Positions 8,368 to 17,291 of a DNA stretch of 64,000 nt are shown here, piece by piece. A model generated the notes under the pieces. It had not been told where the DNA came from, did no database searches, and worked only from the letters and a program-made list of their open reading frames with translations. Origin of the DNA: Clostridiales bacterium (GTDB lineage: Bacteria > Bacillota > DSM-16504 > Desulfitibacterales > JAICDB01). The DNA is taken from positions 33,056 to 97,055 of the forward strand of contig JAICDB010000001.1 in NCBI GenBank assembly GCA_020063565.1. The letters run 5' to 3'. How positions within the stretch are numbered: position 1 is the stretch's first letter; each line of letters opens with the position of its first letter. The position numbers and the translations under genes were made by a program.

Positions 8368-9193
8368 CCCACAGGTTGATTTTTACAGATTCGGGAAGCA
8401 GAGCGTTTTTAAAGGACAAATTATAAAAATGCTGTAAACCTTCAAGATGGTCCCCTGTTAAATCATAGTTTAACTGATTTTGAAAATAGTGCTTTAAGCG
8501 CCTTGGGCTTAAACCTGTTTCTTTTGCTGCCGCCGCTATAATAGGTTTCAAATTTTGTTGGCTGATGGACTTGGCCTTTAGCATACTTTTCCATACCCTG
8601 ACTACCTGCTCGCGGTGGTTTTTGACATAGGATCGCCTGACCACCCAGAGGGCAAAAACCATCTTATATCCGGAAAATTCCAGCCATTCCTGACCCAAGT
8701 CGTAAATATATAATCCTTTTTTATTCTGAACTGCTGTTAAAGCTTTATCACCTATAACAAGCGCTCCCTCAGCAAGAGCAAGCATTTCATCAAGTCCTTT
8801 TCCGGACTTAAGGAATTGAGGTTTTACCCTGTAATATTCGTTAAACAGAATCTGTAATAAAGCTGCTGAAGTAGCAGATTCTGCCGTTAAAAAGACCGGT
8901 GCGCCGTTTAGTTTATGAACAGGAACTTTGCTTATCAAACAAACGCTGCCAACCTCTCCATGGGATGAGATGGAAAGCTGAGGAAGAATAAAAACCTGCT
9001 GGTGAAAACGAGCATATTCTATTGAAGATATAGCAGTGATGTCCAGTTGCCCCTGTTCAAACATCAGGTTTAATTCAGCGGGAGGGCGGGATATAAGATT
9101 GGCCGGTATATTTATGCAACCTGTTTCTATGGGATGAAAAATAGGCAGACAGTTCACGTAAGATACCCGGCCCAGTTTGGGAAAATTATTCAT
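8351..9193 (-). CDS. mqnA: Chorismate dehydratase (futalosine pathway step 1)
   Basis: The ORF was trimmed to the ATG preceded by a GGAAGGGTGGGAAG RBS. MNNFPKLGRVSYVNCLPIF and the periplasmic-binding-protein-like fold are typical of MqnA. The gene is embedded between two Mqn radical SAM genes. Confidence 0.75.
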   Translation of the reverse strand: MNNFPKLGRVSYVNCLPIFHPIETGCINIPANLISRPPAELNLMFEQGQLDITAISSIEYARFHQQVFILPQLSISSHGEVGSVCLISKVPVHKLNGAPVFLTAESATSAALLQILFNEYYRVKPQFLKSGKGLDEMLALAEGALVIGDKALTAVQNKKGLYIYDLGQEWLEFSGYKMVFALWVVRRSYVKNHREQVVRVWKSMLKAKSISQQNLKPIIAAAAKETGLSPRRLKHYFQNQLNYDLTGDHLEGLQHFYNLSFKNALLPESVKINLWGENIA

Positions 9194-10313
9194 CTTCCCA
9201 CCCTTCCTTGATGACGTTATAAAGGGTATCACGTTCTACAGGAATCCGGCCCGCTTCCTTAATTAAGTCAATAAATTGTTTCCTAGGTTGGTATTGGGGT
9301 GTTTCAGCGCCGGCATCATGGACAATTTTTTCTTCCATGACAGTGCCGTCCAGGTCGTCAACACCAAAAGCCAGGGAAATTTGAGCAACCTTTGGTGTCA
9401 CCATAATCCAAAAGGCCTTGATGTGGTCAAAATTGTCCAAAAGCAAGCGGGCGATAGCCAGTACCTTCAGGTCTAGATAACCTGTTGTACCGGTAAGAGA
9501 ACTGAATTTCGTGTTCTTAGGGTGGAAGGGCAATGGAATAAAGGTTAAGAAACCTCCGGTTTCGTCTTGTAATTCCCTCAGCTTTAGTAAGTGATCTACC
9601 CGGTCTTCCGCAGATTCGATATGCCCGTAGAGCATGGTTGCATTAGTACGTAATCCTAAATTATGTGCGATTCGGTGTACTTCCAGCCATTTTTCACCAC
9701 TGATTTTGTTGGGGCAGATCTTTTGCCTGACCTGGGAATTAAATATTTCTGCTCCTCCTCCGGGGAGAGATCCGAGGCCTGCGTCTTTTAATTTCAGCAG
9801 TGTTTCTTCTATTGATAATCGAGCAGTCCTACTCATAAACTCTATCTCTACTGCATCAAAAGCCTGGATATGTACTTGAGGCATTTCCTCTTTAACCGTT
9901 TTCAATAACTCGATATAGTAATCCAGGGAAAGGCGACTGTATAAACCACCTACGATGTGAATTTCCGAGACATTTTGCTTGCGGGCTTTTATTACTTTTT
10001 CCCTTACCTGTTCTAAAGAGAGAATATAACCCTCAGGATGACCTTCCTCTTTACCAAAGGCACAGAAGGAACACAAACATTCGCAAATATTTGTCGGGTT
10101 GATATGGGCATTATTTATAAAATAGGTCCTGTCACCGACCTTCTGTTTCCTTACATAGTCTGCCAATTGGCCAATTGCCAACAGGTCGTTACTCATCATT
10201 AATTTAATACCGTCAGCCCTGGTTAAGCGTTCTCCACGTAAAACTTTGCTGCTGATGGATTCCAGAGGACTTCCATGAAAATTCCTTTCAATCTTTTCGG
10301 CCAGACTTAGCAT
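9186..10313 (-). CDS. mqnE: Radical SAM enzyme of the MqnC/MqnE family, probably aminofutalosine synthase
   Basis: 375-aa ORF with cluster motif HINPTNICECLCSFCAF and a GGGAEIF motif. The MqnE versus MqnC call is tentative. Confidence 0.55.
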   Translation of the reverse strand: MLSLAEKIERNFHGSPLESISSKVLRGERLTRADGIKLMMSNDLLAIGQLADYVRKQKVGDRTYFINNAHINPTNICECLCSFCAFGKEEGHPEGYILSLEQVREKVIKARKQNVSEIHIVGGLYSRLSLDYYIELLKTVKEEMPQVHIQAFDAVEIEFMSRTARLSIEETLLKLKDAGLGSLPGGGAEIFNSQVRQKICPNKISGEKWLEVHRIAHNLGLRTNATMLYGHIESAEDRVDHLLKLRELQDETGGFLTFIPLPFHPKNTKFSSLTGTTGYLDLKVLAIARLLLDNFDHIKAFWIMVTPKVAQISLAFGVDDLDGTVMEEKIVHDAGAETPQYQPRKQFIDLIKEAGRIPVERDTLYNVIKEGWEDE

Positions 10314-10316
10314 ATT

Positions 10317-11162
10317 CTACCTCCTTGCAGTACCTATATTCTCTTCTCTCAAAAGGGTAGGTTTCCGTAATTCGCGACAACTACAGTCTCGGGATAAATC
10401 TACTTCTCTTAGTGCATTTAGAATTATTTGCCCGAATTTCAGGGCATCATTGAAAAAGATCTCCTTTAGCTCCTTGTGTTCCCACGGCTTTACTATCCCT
10501 TCACCGTAATTTACCACCAGATTTATGCTGGCGTAACATGCTCCTATCTCCCTTGCCAGGTATACTTCCGGCGCTAAGCTTTGCCCTACAATATCAGCTC
10601 CCCATTGGTAATAAAGATTTGTCTCGGCGGGGCTTTCGAAGTGTCTGCCGTCAGTAACCACATATGTACCACGACTAAACACCCGGTTTAAAGGATTGGC
10701 CTGTGCCTGCTCCAACAGGACCCGGTGAAGGTAAGGACAGATAGGCTGGCGCATTATGCACAGGTAATCTTCTGTTAAATGAACATTACGACGAACAGAA
10801 TGGTCAATATAATCGGTTGGTATGACGATATCCCGCAAATCAAGCAGATGGTTAACGCTACCTACACCGCCTTCTGAAATGATCTGTTTTACGCCTGCCT
10901 GCTTGAGAACCCAAAAGACTTGCTGGGAACTCTTTGCCCAGCTGACACCGCGTTGCCTTCCGTGCATCTTCATTGTTAGGATCTTATTTCCGGCAATCTC
11001 AAACAACTTAAATGGTGGACTATTCCCAAAGGGTGTATCAAAAACCAGGTTTTTTTGTAAAACGATTACATCAGAAAAATTTAAGTCTTCGGGGAAGTTA
11101 AGAGAAAAAGTACCGGACCCGCCGATAAACGCTAGGGTGGCTTCGGGTATCCTCTGTAGCAT
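10317..11162 (-). CDS. MTAP-like purine nucleoside phosphorylase family protein, first gene of the mqn operon
   Basis: 281-aa ORF. IGGSGTF phosphate-loop-like N-terminus, GTYVVTDGRHFESPAE and DIVGQSLAPE resemble the 5'-methylthioadenosine phosphorylase family. Confidence 0.65.
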   Translation of the reverse strand: MLQRIPEATLAFIGGSGTFSLNFPEDLNFSDVIVLQKNLVFDTPFGNSPPFKLFEIAGNKILTMKMHGRQRGVSWAKSSQQVFWVLKQAGVKQIISEGGVGSVNHLLDLRDIVIPTDYIDHSVRRNVHLTEDYLCIMRQPICPYLHRVLLEQAQANPLNRVFSRGTYVVTDGRHFESPAETNLYYQWGADIVGQSLAPEVYLAREIGACYASINLVVNYGEGIVKPWEHKELKEIFFNDALKFGQIILNALREVDLSRDCSCRELRKPTLLREENIGTARR

Positions 11163-11274
11163 AAATCTACTCCTTCCTTAGTGATTGATTTTTCAGTACT
11201 GATTCTTGACTTTGAAAAAAAGCTTATTAAATACCTCTGCCAAAAAATGAATAGCGATTCATAATTTCACTAGT

Positions 11275-11303
11275 ATTGTATTCCCTACCCCGGTATTTGT
11301 CAA
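11275..11303 (-). promoter_or_regulatory. Sigma-A-type promoter for the mqn operon
   Basis: On the minus strand: TTGACA (11298-11303), 17-nt spacer, TACAAT (11275-11280). Confidence 0.5.
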
Positions 11304-11357
11304 CAGTTTAAGGTATGTTAGAGCCCCGAGAAGCAGTAAGTACTATAGAAAATTGCT

Positions 11358-12527
11358 TTAGTAAATAAGACCCATTTCCTTGCCTACTTGATTAAAAGCA
11401 TGAAGCGCCAGGTCTAAATCATCTTTAGTATGAGTAGCCATGACCGTAACTCTGATTCTGCTAGTGTTTGGCGGTACCGTTGGTGGCCGGATACCGGGGG
11501 CAAATACCCCCCGCTCTAATAAAGCCTGTGTTATTTGCATTGTTTTTTGGTTATCGCCTATAAGTATGGGTATGATGGGTGATTCTTGGGCCAATAAGCG
11601 ATACCCTTGCTTTTGAAGCCCAGACCTTAAATAACGAGCATTAGCCCGGAGCTTTTCAAGAATTTCCGGGTTTTGTTCAATTATTCGGATAGCAGCTATA
11701 GCGGCACCAATTGCTGCTGGCGGGAGGGCTGTAGAAAAAATAAAGCTTCTGGCCTTATTTCTCAAATAATCAATCAATTCCCGTTGTCCCGCTACATAAG
11801 CCCCGGCACTCCCCAGGGCCTTACTCAAAGTTCCCATCTGAATCAGCATTCTTCCTTCCAGATTAAAATACTCAGCCGTACCTGCACCCCGCTTGCCCAA
11901 AACACCAGTAGCATGAGCATCATCAACCATAACCAAGGCATCATATTTTTGAGCTATAGCTATAATTTCCGGTAGCGGGGCGATGTCGCCATCCATGCTG
12001 AAAACTCCATCAGTAACAATAAGACGCCGTCGGTACTCTTGCGTTTGCTGCAATATTTTTTCCAAGTTAACCATATCTTTATGACGGTAAATTTTCTTTT
12101 CTGCCCGGCTAAGCCGACAGGCGTCAATTATACTGGCATGGTTTAGCTCATCACTAATAACAACATCTTTTTTTCCAGTCAGTGCTGTAATTACTCCTAA
12201 ATTAGCCATGTAGCCGTTGTTAAAGATAATTGCTGCTTCTGTTTTTTTAAATCGAGCAATTGCATTTTCTAGTTTCTCAAAAAGCCGAAGATTGCCAGTG
12301 GTTAGGCGTGAGCCACCGGCGCCGGTACCCCACTTGGCAACAGCCTTTCTTGCTGACGCTTTAATTTCGGGATGCTCAGTCAATCCTAGGTAGTTATTGG
12401 AAGAAAGTAGAATGCAAGGCTTTCCGTCGACAATTGTCCGGGCAGCTTGGGGACCGTCTAACCATTTTATTTGGCGGTAAAGATTATGCTTTTTAAGGTA
12501 CATTAACTCATCTTTCAAGAAGTCCAT
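11358..12527 (-). CDS. bioF: 8-amino-7-oxononanoate synthase
   Basis: 389-aa ORF with the alpha-oxoamine synthase pattern (DDAHATGVLG, GTLSKALGSAG with PLP lysine). Its start overlaps the bioW stop (TAATG). Confidence 0.85.
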   Translation of the reverse strand: MDFLKDELMYLKKHNLYRQIKWLDGPQAARTIVDGKPCILLSSNNYLGLTEHPEIKASARKAVAKWGTGAGGSRLTTGNLRLFEKLENAIARFKKTEAAIIFNNGYMANLGVITALTGKKDVVISDELNHASIIDACRLSRAEKKIYRHKDMVNLEKILQQTQEYRRRLIVTDGVFSMDGDIAPLPEIIAIAQKYDALVMVDDAHATGVLGKRGAGTAEYFNLEGRMLIQMGTLSKALGSAGAYVAGQRELIDYLRNKARSFIFSTALPPAAIGAAIAAIRIIEQNPEILEKLRANARYLRSGLQKQGYRLLAQESPIIPILIGDNQKTMQITQALLERGVFAPGIRPPTVPPNTSRIRVTVMATHTKDDLDLALHAFNQVGKEMGLIY

Positions 12528-13387
12528 TACTTAGATGCTCCTTTTAATGCAGAATGGGCAATTTGCTTAAAGTCGTCATAAGTTATTTCCCCATTAACTT
12601 TACCCAGCTTTGTTATCAAGTATGGTTCTTGCTCTAACCGATAAATAGTTTTTTCCAGCTCGGAGCAGGCAGGGTCTACAAAGAATATCCTCCCACCCCG
12701 CGCACTGCCCTTCTCTTTCAAGTGGTTAAAGCGAAGATAACCAAACTTGCTGGAAGCAACATAGCCGGCTGTATAACTGGGGTCATCGGACCAGCATAAT
12801 TCACCTACTATCGCTGGAAACAATGAAACTTTAGTGGCTAGGCAAAGCGCTTCCCGTACATGGTTGTTATTCAGGCCGTACCTGCTCAATTGATGTGCCA
12901 GTTCCCGGGCTGCCTCCGGTTTATAGTCAATTCGGGATACACGTATTCCCCGGCTTAAGTCGGGTTCCAAACGCTGCCCGGTTTTAATATCCATCAGAAT
13001 GGCGCCACGCATGTTAGCTCCATTAGGGGCAGGACCTTGCAACAGGTGGTGGAAACTTTGTTCAATTATTGTTCGATTAATTCCTAGAAGTTCAAGAATT
13101 TTCTTAGCCATTTCCCGACCTTCGAAATAATTTGTTGTTTTTATGGTATATATAGGGAGAGATGTCACTTCTCGAATGTTTTCAGTATTGAGCATTTCAA
13201 TATTTAGGTTAATATAATCGGGGTAACCGCGTTCATGTTGTTGAGCTCGATATATCAATTGTCTGATAGTATCCATAATCTCTTTTTCTTTAACTATCCG
13301 TTCCGCTCCTGAAATATGTTTACCCCCACACTCGTGAGGACCGCCTTGTGCGGCACGCATCCTAATACTATACAAATTTTTGTTCAT
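12527..13387 (-). CDS. bioW: 6-carboxyhexanoate-CoA ligase (pimeloyl-CoA synthetase)
   Basis: The ORF was trimmed to MNKNLYSIRMRAAQGGPHECGGKHISGAERI, a conserved BioW N-terminus, with an AAGGTGGGA RBS upstream of ATG 13387. Confidence 0.8.
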   Translation of the reverse strand: MNKNLYSIRMRAAQGGPHECGGKHISGAERIVKEKEIMDTIRQLIYRAQQHERGYPDYINLNIEMLNTENIREVTSLPIYTIKTTNYFEGREMAKKILELLGINRTIIEQSFHHLLQGPAPNGANMRGAILMDIKTGQRLEPDLSRGIRVSRIDYKPEAARELAHQLSRYGLNNNHVREALCLATKVSLFPAIVGELCWSDDPSYTAGYVASSKFGYLRFNHLKEKGSARGGRIFFVDPACSELEKTIYRLEQEPYLITKLGKVNGEITYDDFKQIAHSALKGASK

Positions 13388-13462
13388 CTGTCCCACCTTA
13401 CCGATAATTTGAGTATTTTTTAAACTATTAGTTAACCTATATTTCAATTATGGTTTACGTTT

Positions 13463-13491
13463 ATATTAATGTTTTAGAAATTATGTGTCAA
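13463..13491 (-). promoter_or_regulatory. Putative bioW-bioF promoter
   Basis: On the minus strand: TTGACA (13486-13491), 17-nt spacer, TAATAT (13463-13468). Confidence 0.5.
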
Positions 13492-13493
13492 CA

Positions 13494-13525
13494 TTGTTAA
13501 CCTTATTAATAAATATGGTTGACAA
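13494..13525. promoter_or_regulatory. BirA-type biotin operator (bioO) shared by the divergent bio operons
   Basis: TTGTTAACC-N14-GGTTGACAA inverted repeat, matching the Firmicutes BirA site architecture (TGTTAACC-N14/15-GGTTAACA). It abuts the -35 of the bioW promoter and overlaps the -35 of the bioB promoter. Confidence 0.75.
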
Positions 13526-13547
13526 AAAAATTACATTAATATATTAT
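13519..13547 (+). promoter_or_regulatory. Putative bioB-bioD-bioA promoter
   Basis: TTGACA (13519-13524), 17-nt spacer, TATTAT (13542-13547). Confidence 0.55.
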
Positions 13548-13628
13548 ATCCAATAAAGTATTGCCAATATTTTAAAAAGGATGCGTTGGTATACCAAAAT
13601 TACTCTTCTCCTAAAAGGGGGTTTAGCT

Positions 13629-14606
13629 ATGATAAAACTCATATCAGAAGTAACACAAAAAATATTAAAAGGAGGACAAATTACCTATAAGGAGTCAATA
13701 AAATTTATAAATATAGAAGAAAATGATAAGGATTCTTTACAGGCTTTATTCGAGGGAGCAGACGAGATAAGGAAAAAGTTTGCAGGAAAAAAAGTTGATT
13801 TATGCACGATAATGAATGCGAAGTCCGGAAAATGTTCTGAGGACTGCAAGTTTTGTGCTCAATCTGCCCATTATAAAACCGGTATAGATGAATACAAACT
13901 GCTGAATTATGAAAAGGTTTTAGAAAGGGCAAGGGAGATGGAGAGGGCAAAAGTTCACAGGTTTTCTCTTGTAACTAGTGGAAAGGGTTTAAATAATGAG
14001 GAATTTGAGAAAATAGTGAAAATTTACAGAAAATTGAGCGAGGATACCAATTTGAAGTTATGTGCCTCCCATGGAGTTATAACCTATGAACAGGCTTTAA
14101 AATTAAAAGATTCGGGAATTACCATGTATCACCATAATATAGAAACCAACAGAGATTTTTACGGCAACATTTGCACAACTCATTACTACGAAGAAAGAAT
14201 AGAAACAATTAAAAATGCAATGAAGGCAGGACTTGACATTTGTTGCGGCGGTATTATAGGTATGGGGGAAAGCAGGGAAGATAGAGTCAAAATGGCCTTC
14301 GAAATACGGGATTTAGGAGTGAAGTCCATTCCAATTAACGTATTGAATCCAATCAAAGGTACTCCTTTAGAGAATCAGGAGATATTATCTCCCTTTGAAA
14401 TATTGAAAACAATGGCTTTATATAGGTATATTCTTCCTGACAGCTACATTAGATATGCTGGAGGAAGGAAGGCATTGAGGGATAAGCAAAATATAGGATT
14501 CAGAGCCGGTGTGAATGCGGCTTTGGTTGGAGATTATCTAACGACCGTTGGAAGCAATATTGATGAAGATAAAGATATGATAATTAATGAAGGACTGGAA
14601 ATTTAA
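13629..14606 (+). CDS. bioB: Biotin synthase
   Basis: The ORF was trimmed to the ATG after an AAGGGGG RBS. It has the radical SAM motif CSEDCKFCAQS and typical BioB segments (YHHNIETN, CCGGIIGMGES). Confidence 0.9.
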   Translation: MIKLISEVTQKILKGGQITYKESIKFINIEENDKDSLQALFEGADEIRKKFAGKKVDLCTIMNAKSGKCSEDCKFCAQSAHYKTGIDEYKLLNYEKVLERAREMERAKVHRFSLVTSGKGLNNEEFEKIVKIYRKLSEDTNLKLCASHGVITYEQALKLKDSGITMYHHNIETNRDFYGNICTTHYYEERIETIKNAMKAGLDICCGGIIGMGESREDRVKMAFEIRDLGVKSIPINVLNPIKGTPLENQEILSPFEILKTMALYRYILPDSYIRYAGGRKALRDKQNIGFRAGVNAALVGDYLTTVGSNIDEDKDMIINEGLEI

Positions 14607-14639
14607 CAGAAATATATAATTTTTCAAGAGGTGTTAATT

Positions 14640-15365
14640 TTGAACAGAGGGGTATTTATTGTAGGTACCGATACGGAAGTTGGTAAGACTATCATCACTG
14701 CAGGAATAGTTTATGTATTAAAAAAGAATGGAATAAATGCATGTAGTTTTAAAGCCGTACAGAGTGGAGGTATTGTAAAGAATGGAAAACTGGTTTCGGG
14801 TGACACACAACTGGTTAAAAGAGTATGCAATATCGAAGAAAATGAAAATTTAATGAATCCTTACTGCTTAAAAGCTCCAGTATCCCCTCATCTTGCGGCA
14901 AGATTAGAAAAAGTTACGATCAATAGAGAGAAAATATTAAGCGCATACAAAAAGTTATCCCAAAAATATGATTACATAATTGCTGAAGGAGCCGGCGGAT
15001 TAATTGTTCCAATAATAGAAGATAAGTATTTTATGTATGATTTAATTAAGGATTTAGATCTTCCGATTATTATTGTTGCGCATGCAGGTGTAGGTATGAT
15101 AAATCACACAGCTTTAACCGTAAAGGTTGCCGAAAGTATCGGTTTAGATGTAAAGGGAATCATTATTAACAAGTTTACAAACAAACTGCATGAAAAAGAT
15201 AATATTGAAGTTATTAAAAATATTACAGGTAAAAAAATAATAGCTGTAATAGATGAAATAGAAAAATTTGAATATGACGGCGGCGATTTTAGAAGACTTA
15301 AGTCTGAATTTAAAAAGAAAATAAAAATCGATATATTATTAAATTCAATGAAGAGGGAGTTTTAA
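14640..15365 (+). CDS. bioD: Dethiobiotin synthetase
   Basis: P-loop GTDTEVGKT and EGAGGLIVP. Start TTG 14640 is preferred because the AGAGGTG RBS (14627-14633) overlaps the alternative GTG at 14631. Confidence 0.85.
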   Translation: MNRGVFIVGTDTEVGKTIITAGIVYVLKKNGINACSFKAVQSGGIVKNGKLVSGDTQLVKRVCNIEENENLMNPYCLKAPVSPHLAARLEKVTINREKILSAYKKLSQKYDYIIAEGAGGLIVPIIEDKYFMYDLIKDLDLPIIIVAHAGVGMINHTALTVKVAESIGLDVKGIIINKFTNKLHEKDNIEVIKNITGKKIIAVIDEIEKFEYDGGDFRRLKSEFKKKIKIDILLNSMKREF

Positions 15366-15366
15366 T

Positions 15367-16713
15367 ATGAATTCACTACAAACTAAAGACTTAAACTATA
15401 TCTGGCATCCTTGTTCTCAAATGAAGGATTATGAAGATTTCCCTCCTATAGTTATTGACAGAGGTAAGGGCGTATTTTTATACGATGTAGACGGAAATAA
15501 ATATTTAGATGCTGTATCTTCATGGTGGGTAAATCTTTTTGGACATAGCAATAAAAGAATAAATAAAGCAATAGCCAGTCAGCTTGAAAAATTAGAACAT
15601 GTTATCTTTGTGAATTTCTCCCATGAACCCGCAATAGAATTATCCGAAAGAATAGTAGGTATGACACCTGAAGGCTTGAATAAGGTTTTTTTTGCTGATA
15701 ACGGTTCTTCAGCGGTAGAAGCAGCTTTAAAGCTAAGTTTCCAGTATTTCCAGCAAACAGGTAAACTCAAAAAGACAAAATTTGCGGCTATAACAGACTC
15801 GTACCACGGAGAAACAACAGGAGCTCTGTCTGTAAACAATATAGACTTATATAGTAAGATATATAAACCAATACTTTTAAATACATTTAAGGTTGAAGGC
15901 CCTGATTGTTTCAGATGTAAATACAGCTTAAACAGAGATATCTGCAATGCAGAATGTTTTGAACATATGGAAGAAACCATAAAAGAACATCACGAAGAGA
16001 TAGCCGGAGTAATAATTGAACCAATGGTTCAGGGAGCAGCTGGAATGAAAATTTACTCTCCTATTTATCTGAAAAAGCTAAGAAAACTATGTGATGATTA
16101 CGATGTTCATTTAATAGCAGACGAAATAGCTGTTGGATTTGGAAGAACTGGAAAAATGTTTGCTTGTGAACATGCTGGAATATCCCCCGATATTATGTGT
16201 CTTTCAAAGGGATTAACTGCAGGCTATCTACCGCTAGCACTTATGCTGACAACTGATGAAATATACAAAGCATTTTATGACGAATACACTTCTCTCAAGG
16301 CGTTTCTACATAGCCATAGTTATACAGGAAATCCGATAGGTTGTGCAGTGGCCAATGAAACTTTGAATATATTCGAAGACGAAAAAGTACTTGAAAAAAA
16401 TATGGTGAAGTCAAGGTTTCTAAAAGAAAAGGCAGTGGAATTGCTTTTAGATCATCCCAATGTAGGGGAATTCAGACAGCTTGGAATGATAGCAGCTGTA
16501 GAACTTGTAAAAAACAAAGAAACAAGGGAAACTTTTGATTGGAAAAAAAGAGTAGGATACAAAATTTATAGAATTGCACTAAAACACGGTGTATTGCTGC
16601 GTCCTTTAGGAAACGTTATTTATTTCATGCCTCCTTATGTAATAAGCGAGGAAGAAATAGACTTAATGATTAGCGTGGCTAGAAAATCAATAAATGAGTA
16701 CTTTGAAACGTAA
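15367..16713 (+). CDS. bioA: Adenosylmethionine-8-amino-7-oxononanoate aminotransferase
   Basis: 448-aa class III aminotransferase (WHPCSQMKD, DEIAVGFGRTGKMF, LSKGLTAGYLP). Confidence 0.9.
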   Translation: MNSLQTKDLNYIWHPCSQMKDYEDFPPIVIDRGKGVFLYDVDGNKYLDAVSSWWVNLFGHSNKRINKAIASQLEKLEHVIFVNFSHEPAIELSERIVGMTPEGLNKVFFADNGSSAVEAALKLSFQYFQQTGKLKKTKFAAITDSYHGETTGALSVNNIDLYSKIYKPILLNTFKVEGPDCFRCKYSLNRDICNAECFEHMEETIKEHHEEIAGVIIEPMVQGAAGMKIYSPIYLKKLRKLCDDYDVHLIADEIAVGFGRTGKMFACEHAGISPDIMCLSKGLTAGYLPLALMLTTDEIYKAFYDEYTSLKAFLHSHSYTGNPIGCAVANETLNIFEDEKVLEKNMVKSRFLKEKAVELLLDHPNVGEFRQLGMIAAVELVKNKETRETFDWKKRVGYKIYRIALKHGVLLRPLGNVIYFMPPYVISEEEIDLMISVARKSINEYFET

Positions 16714-16872
16714 AATGCTTTCAGCTAAAATGGAAGTATATATTAATATCAGAAACAGGATGGCTCTAGATATAATTGCTGGCTTGTTTTTTTATTGATA
16801 ATATCCGAAAAAGTATACATTTAAAATTGAACTGAAAAAAGTAAAAATAAAAAAAATAAAGAAAATAATTCC

Positions 16873-16901
16873 TTGATTATTTTTTCTGATGAGATTATAA
16901 T
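16873..16901 (+). promoter_or_regulatory. Putative promoter of the riboswitch-bza transcript
   Basis: TTGATT (16873-16878), 17-nt spacer, TATAAT (16896-16901). Confidence 0.5.
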
Positions 16902-16922
16902 TTAAATAGAAAATCAAAGATG

Positions 16923-17174
16923 CAAATAGGTGCCTCCACCGGAGGGTAAAAGGGAATCGGGTGAAAATCCCGAACGGTCCCGCCACTGTAACCGTGGAGC
17001 TGCTTTGCATAATCCACTGTTTGGCACTTAACCCGGTACTAACTTAAAGGTTAATCATTACTAACATTAAAGTCTGAAAGCATTGAGTAAACCAATAAGT
17101 TAGCATTGGGTTAAGTGCCGGATGGGAAGGGGTAAAGCAAGCAATGATGCGGAAGTCAGGAAACCTGCCTGTTT
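16923..17174 (+). promoter_or_regulatory. Cobalamin (AdoCbl) riboswitch aptamer
   Basis: The conserved core is GGTGCC...AAAAGGGAATCGGGTGAAAATCCCGAACGGTCCCGCCACTGTAA (B12 box GCCACTG) with a 3' part GGGAAGG...GAAGTCAGGAAACCTGCC. P1 is closed by CAAATAGG (16923-16930) and CCTGTTTG (17167-17174). A long variable hairpin is closed by GGCACTTAACCC (17022-17033) and GGGTTAAGTGCC (17108-17119). Confidence 0.85.
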
Positions 17175-17221
17175 GTGAGCTGGTCTCTCAATGCAAGAGG
17201 CTATAGCTTGAGGATGATGGT

Positions 17222-17272
17222 AAAGTCCTCAGCCATAGGATTTTTATGGCTGAGGACTTTTTTTATTTATAA
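17222..17272 (+). terminator. Riboswitch expression-platform terminator
   Basis: AAAGTCCTCAGCCATA / TATGGCTGAGGACTTT 16-bp stem followed by a TTTTTTATTT tract, about 20 nt before the bzaA RBS. Confidence 0.8.
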
Positions 17273-17291
17273 AAATAGGGAGGGGAAAATA

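Noticed and set aside
13450-16900. The AT-rich bioBDA block could be a mobile element or prophage fragment.
   Set aside because: No integrase, transposase, tRNA target or flanking direct/inverted repeats are visible. The block contains only three biosynthetic genes under a host-type BirA operator. It is therefore reported only as a compositional anomaly.
16792-17010. 72-aa minus-strand ORF in the track.
   Set aside because: It has low-complexity, Phe/Ile-rich translation from AT-rich spacer DNA, has no RBS, and overlaps the promoter and 5' half of the cobalamin riboswitch.
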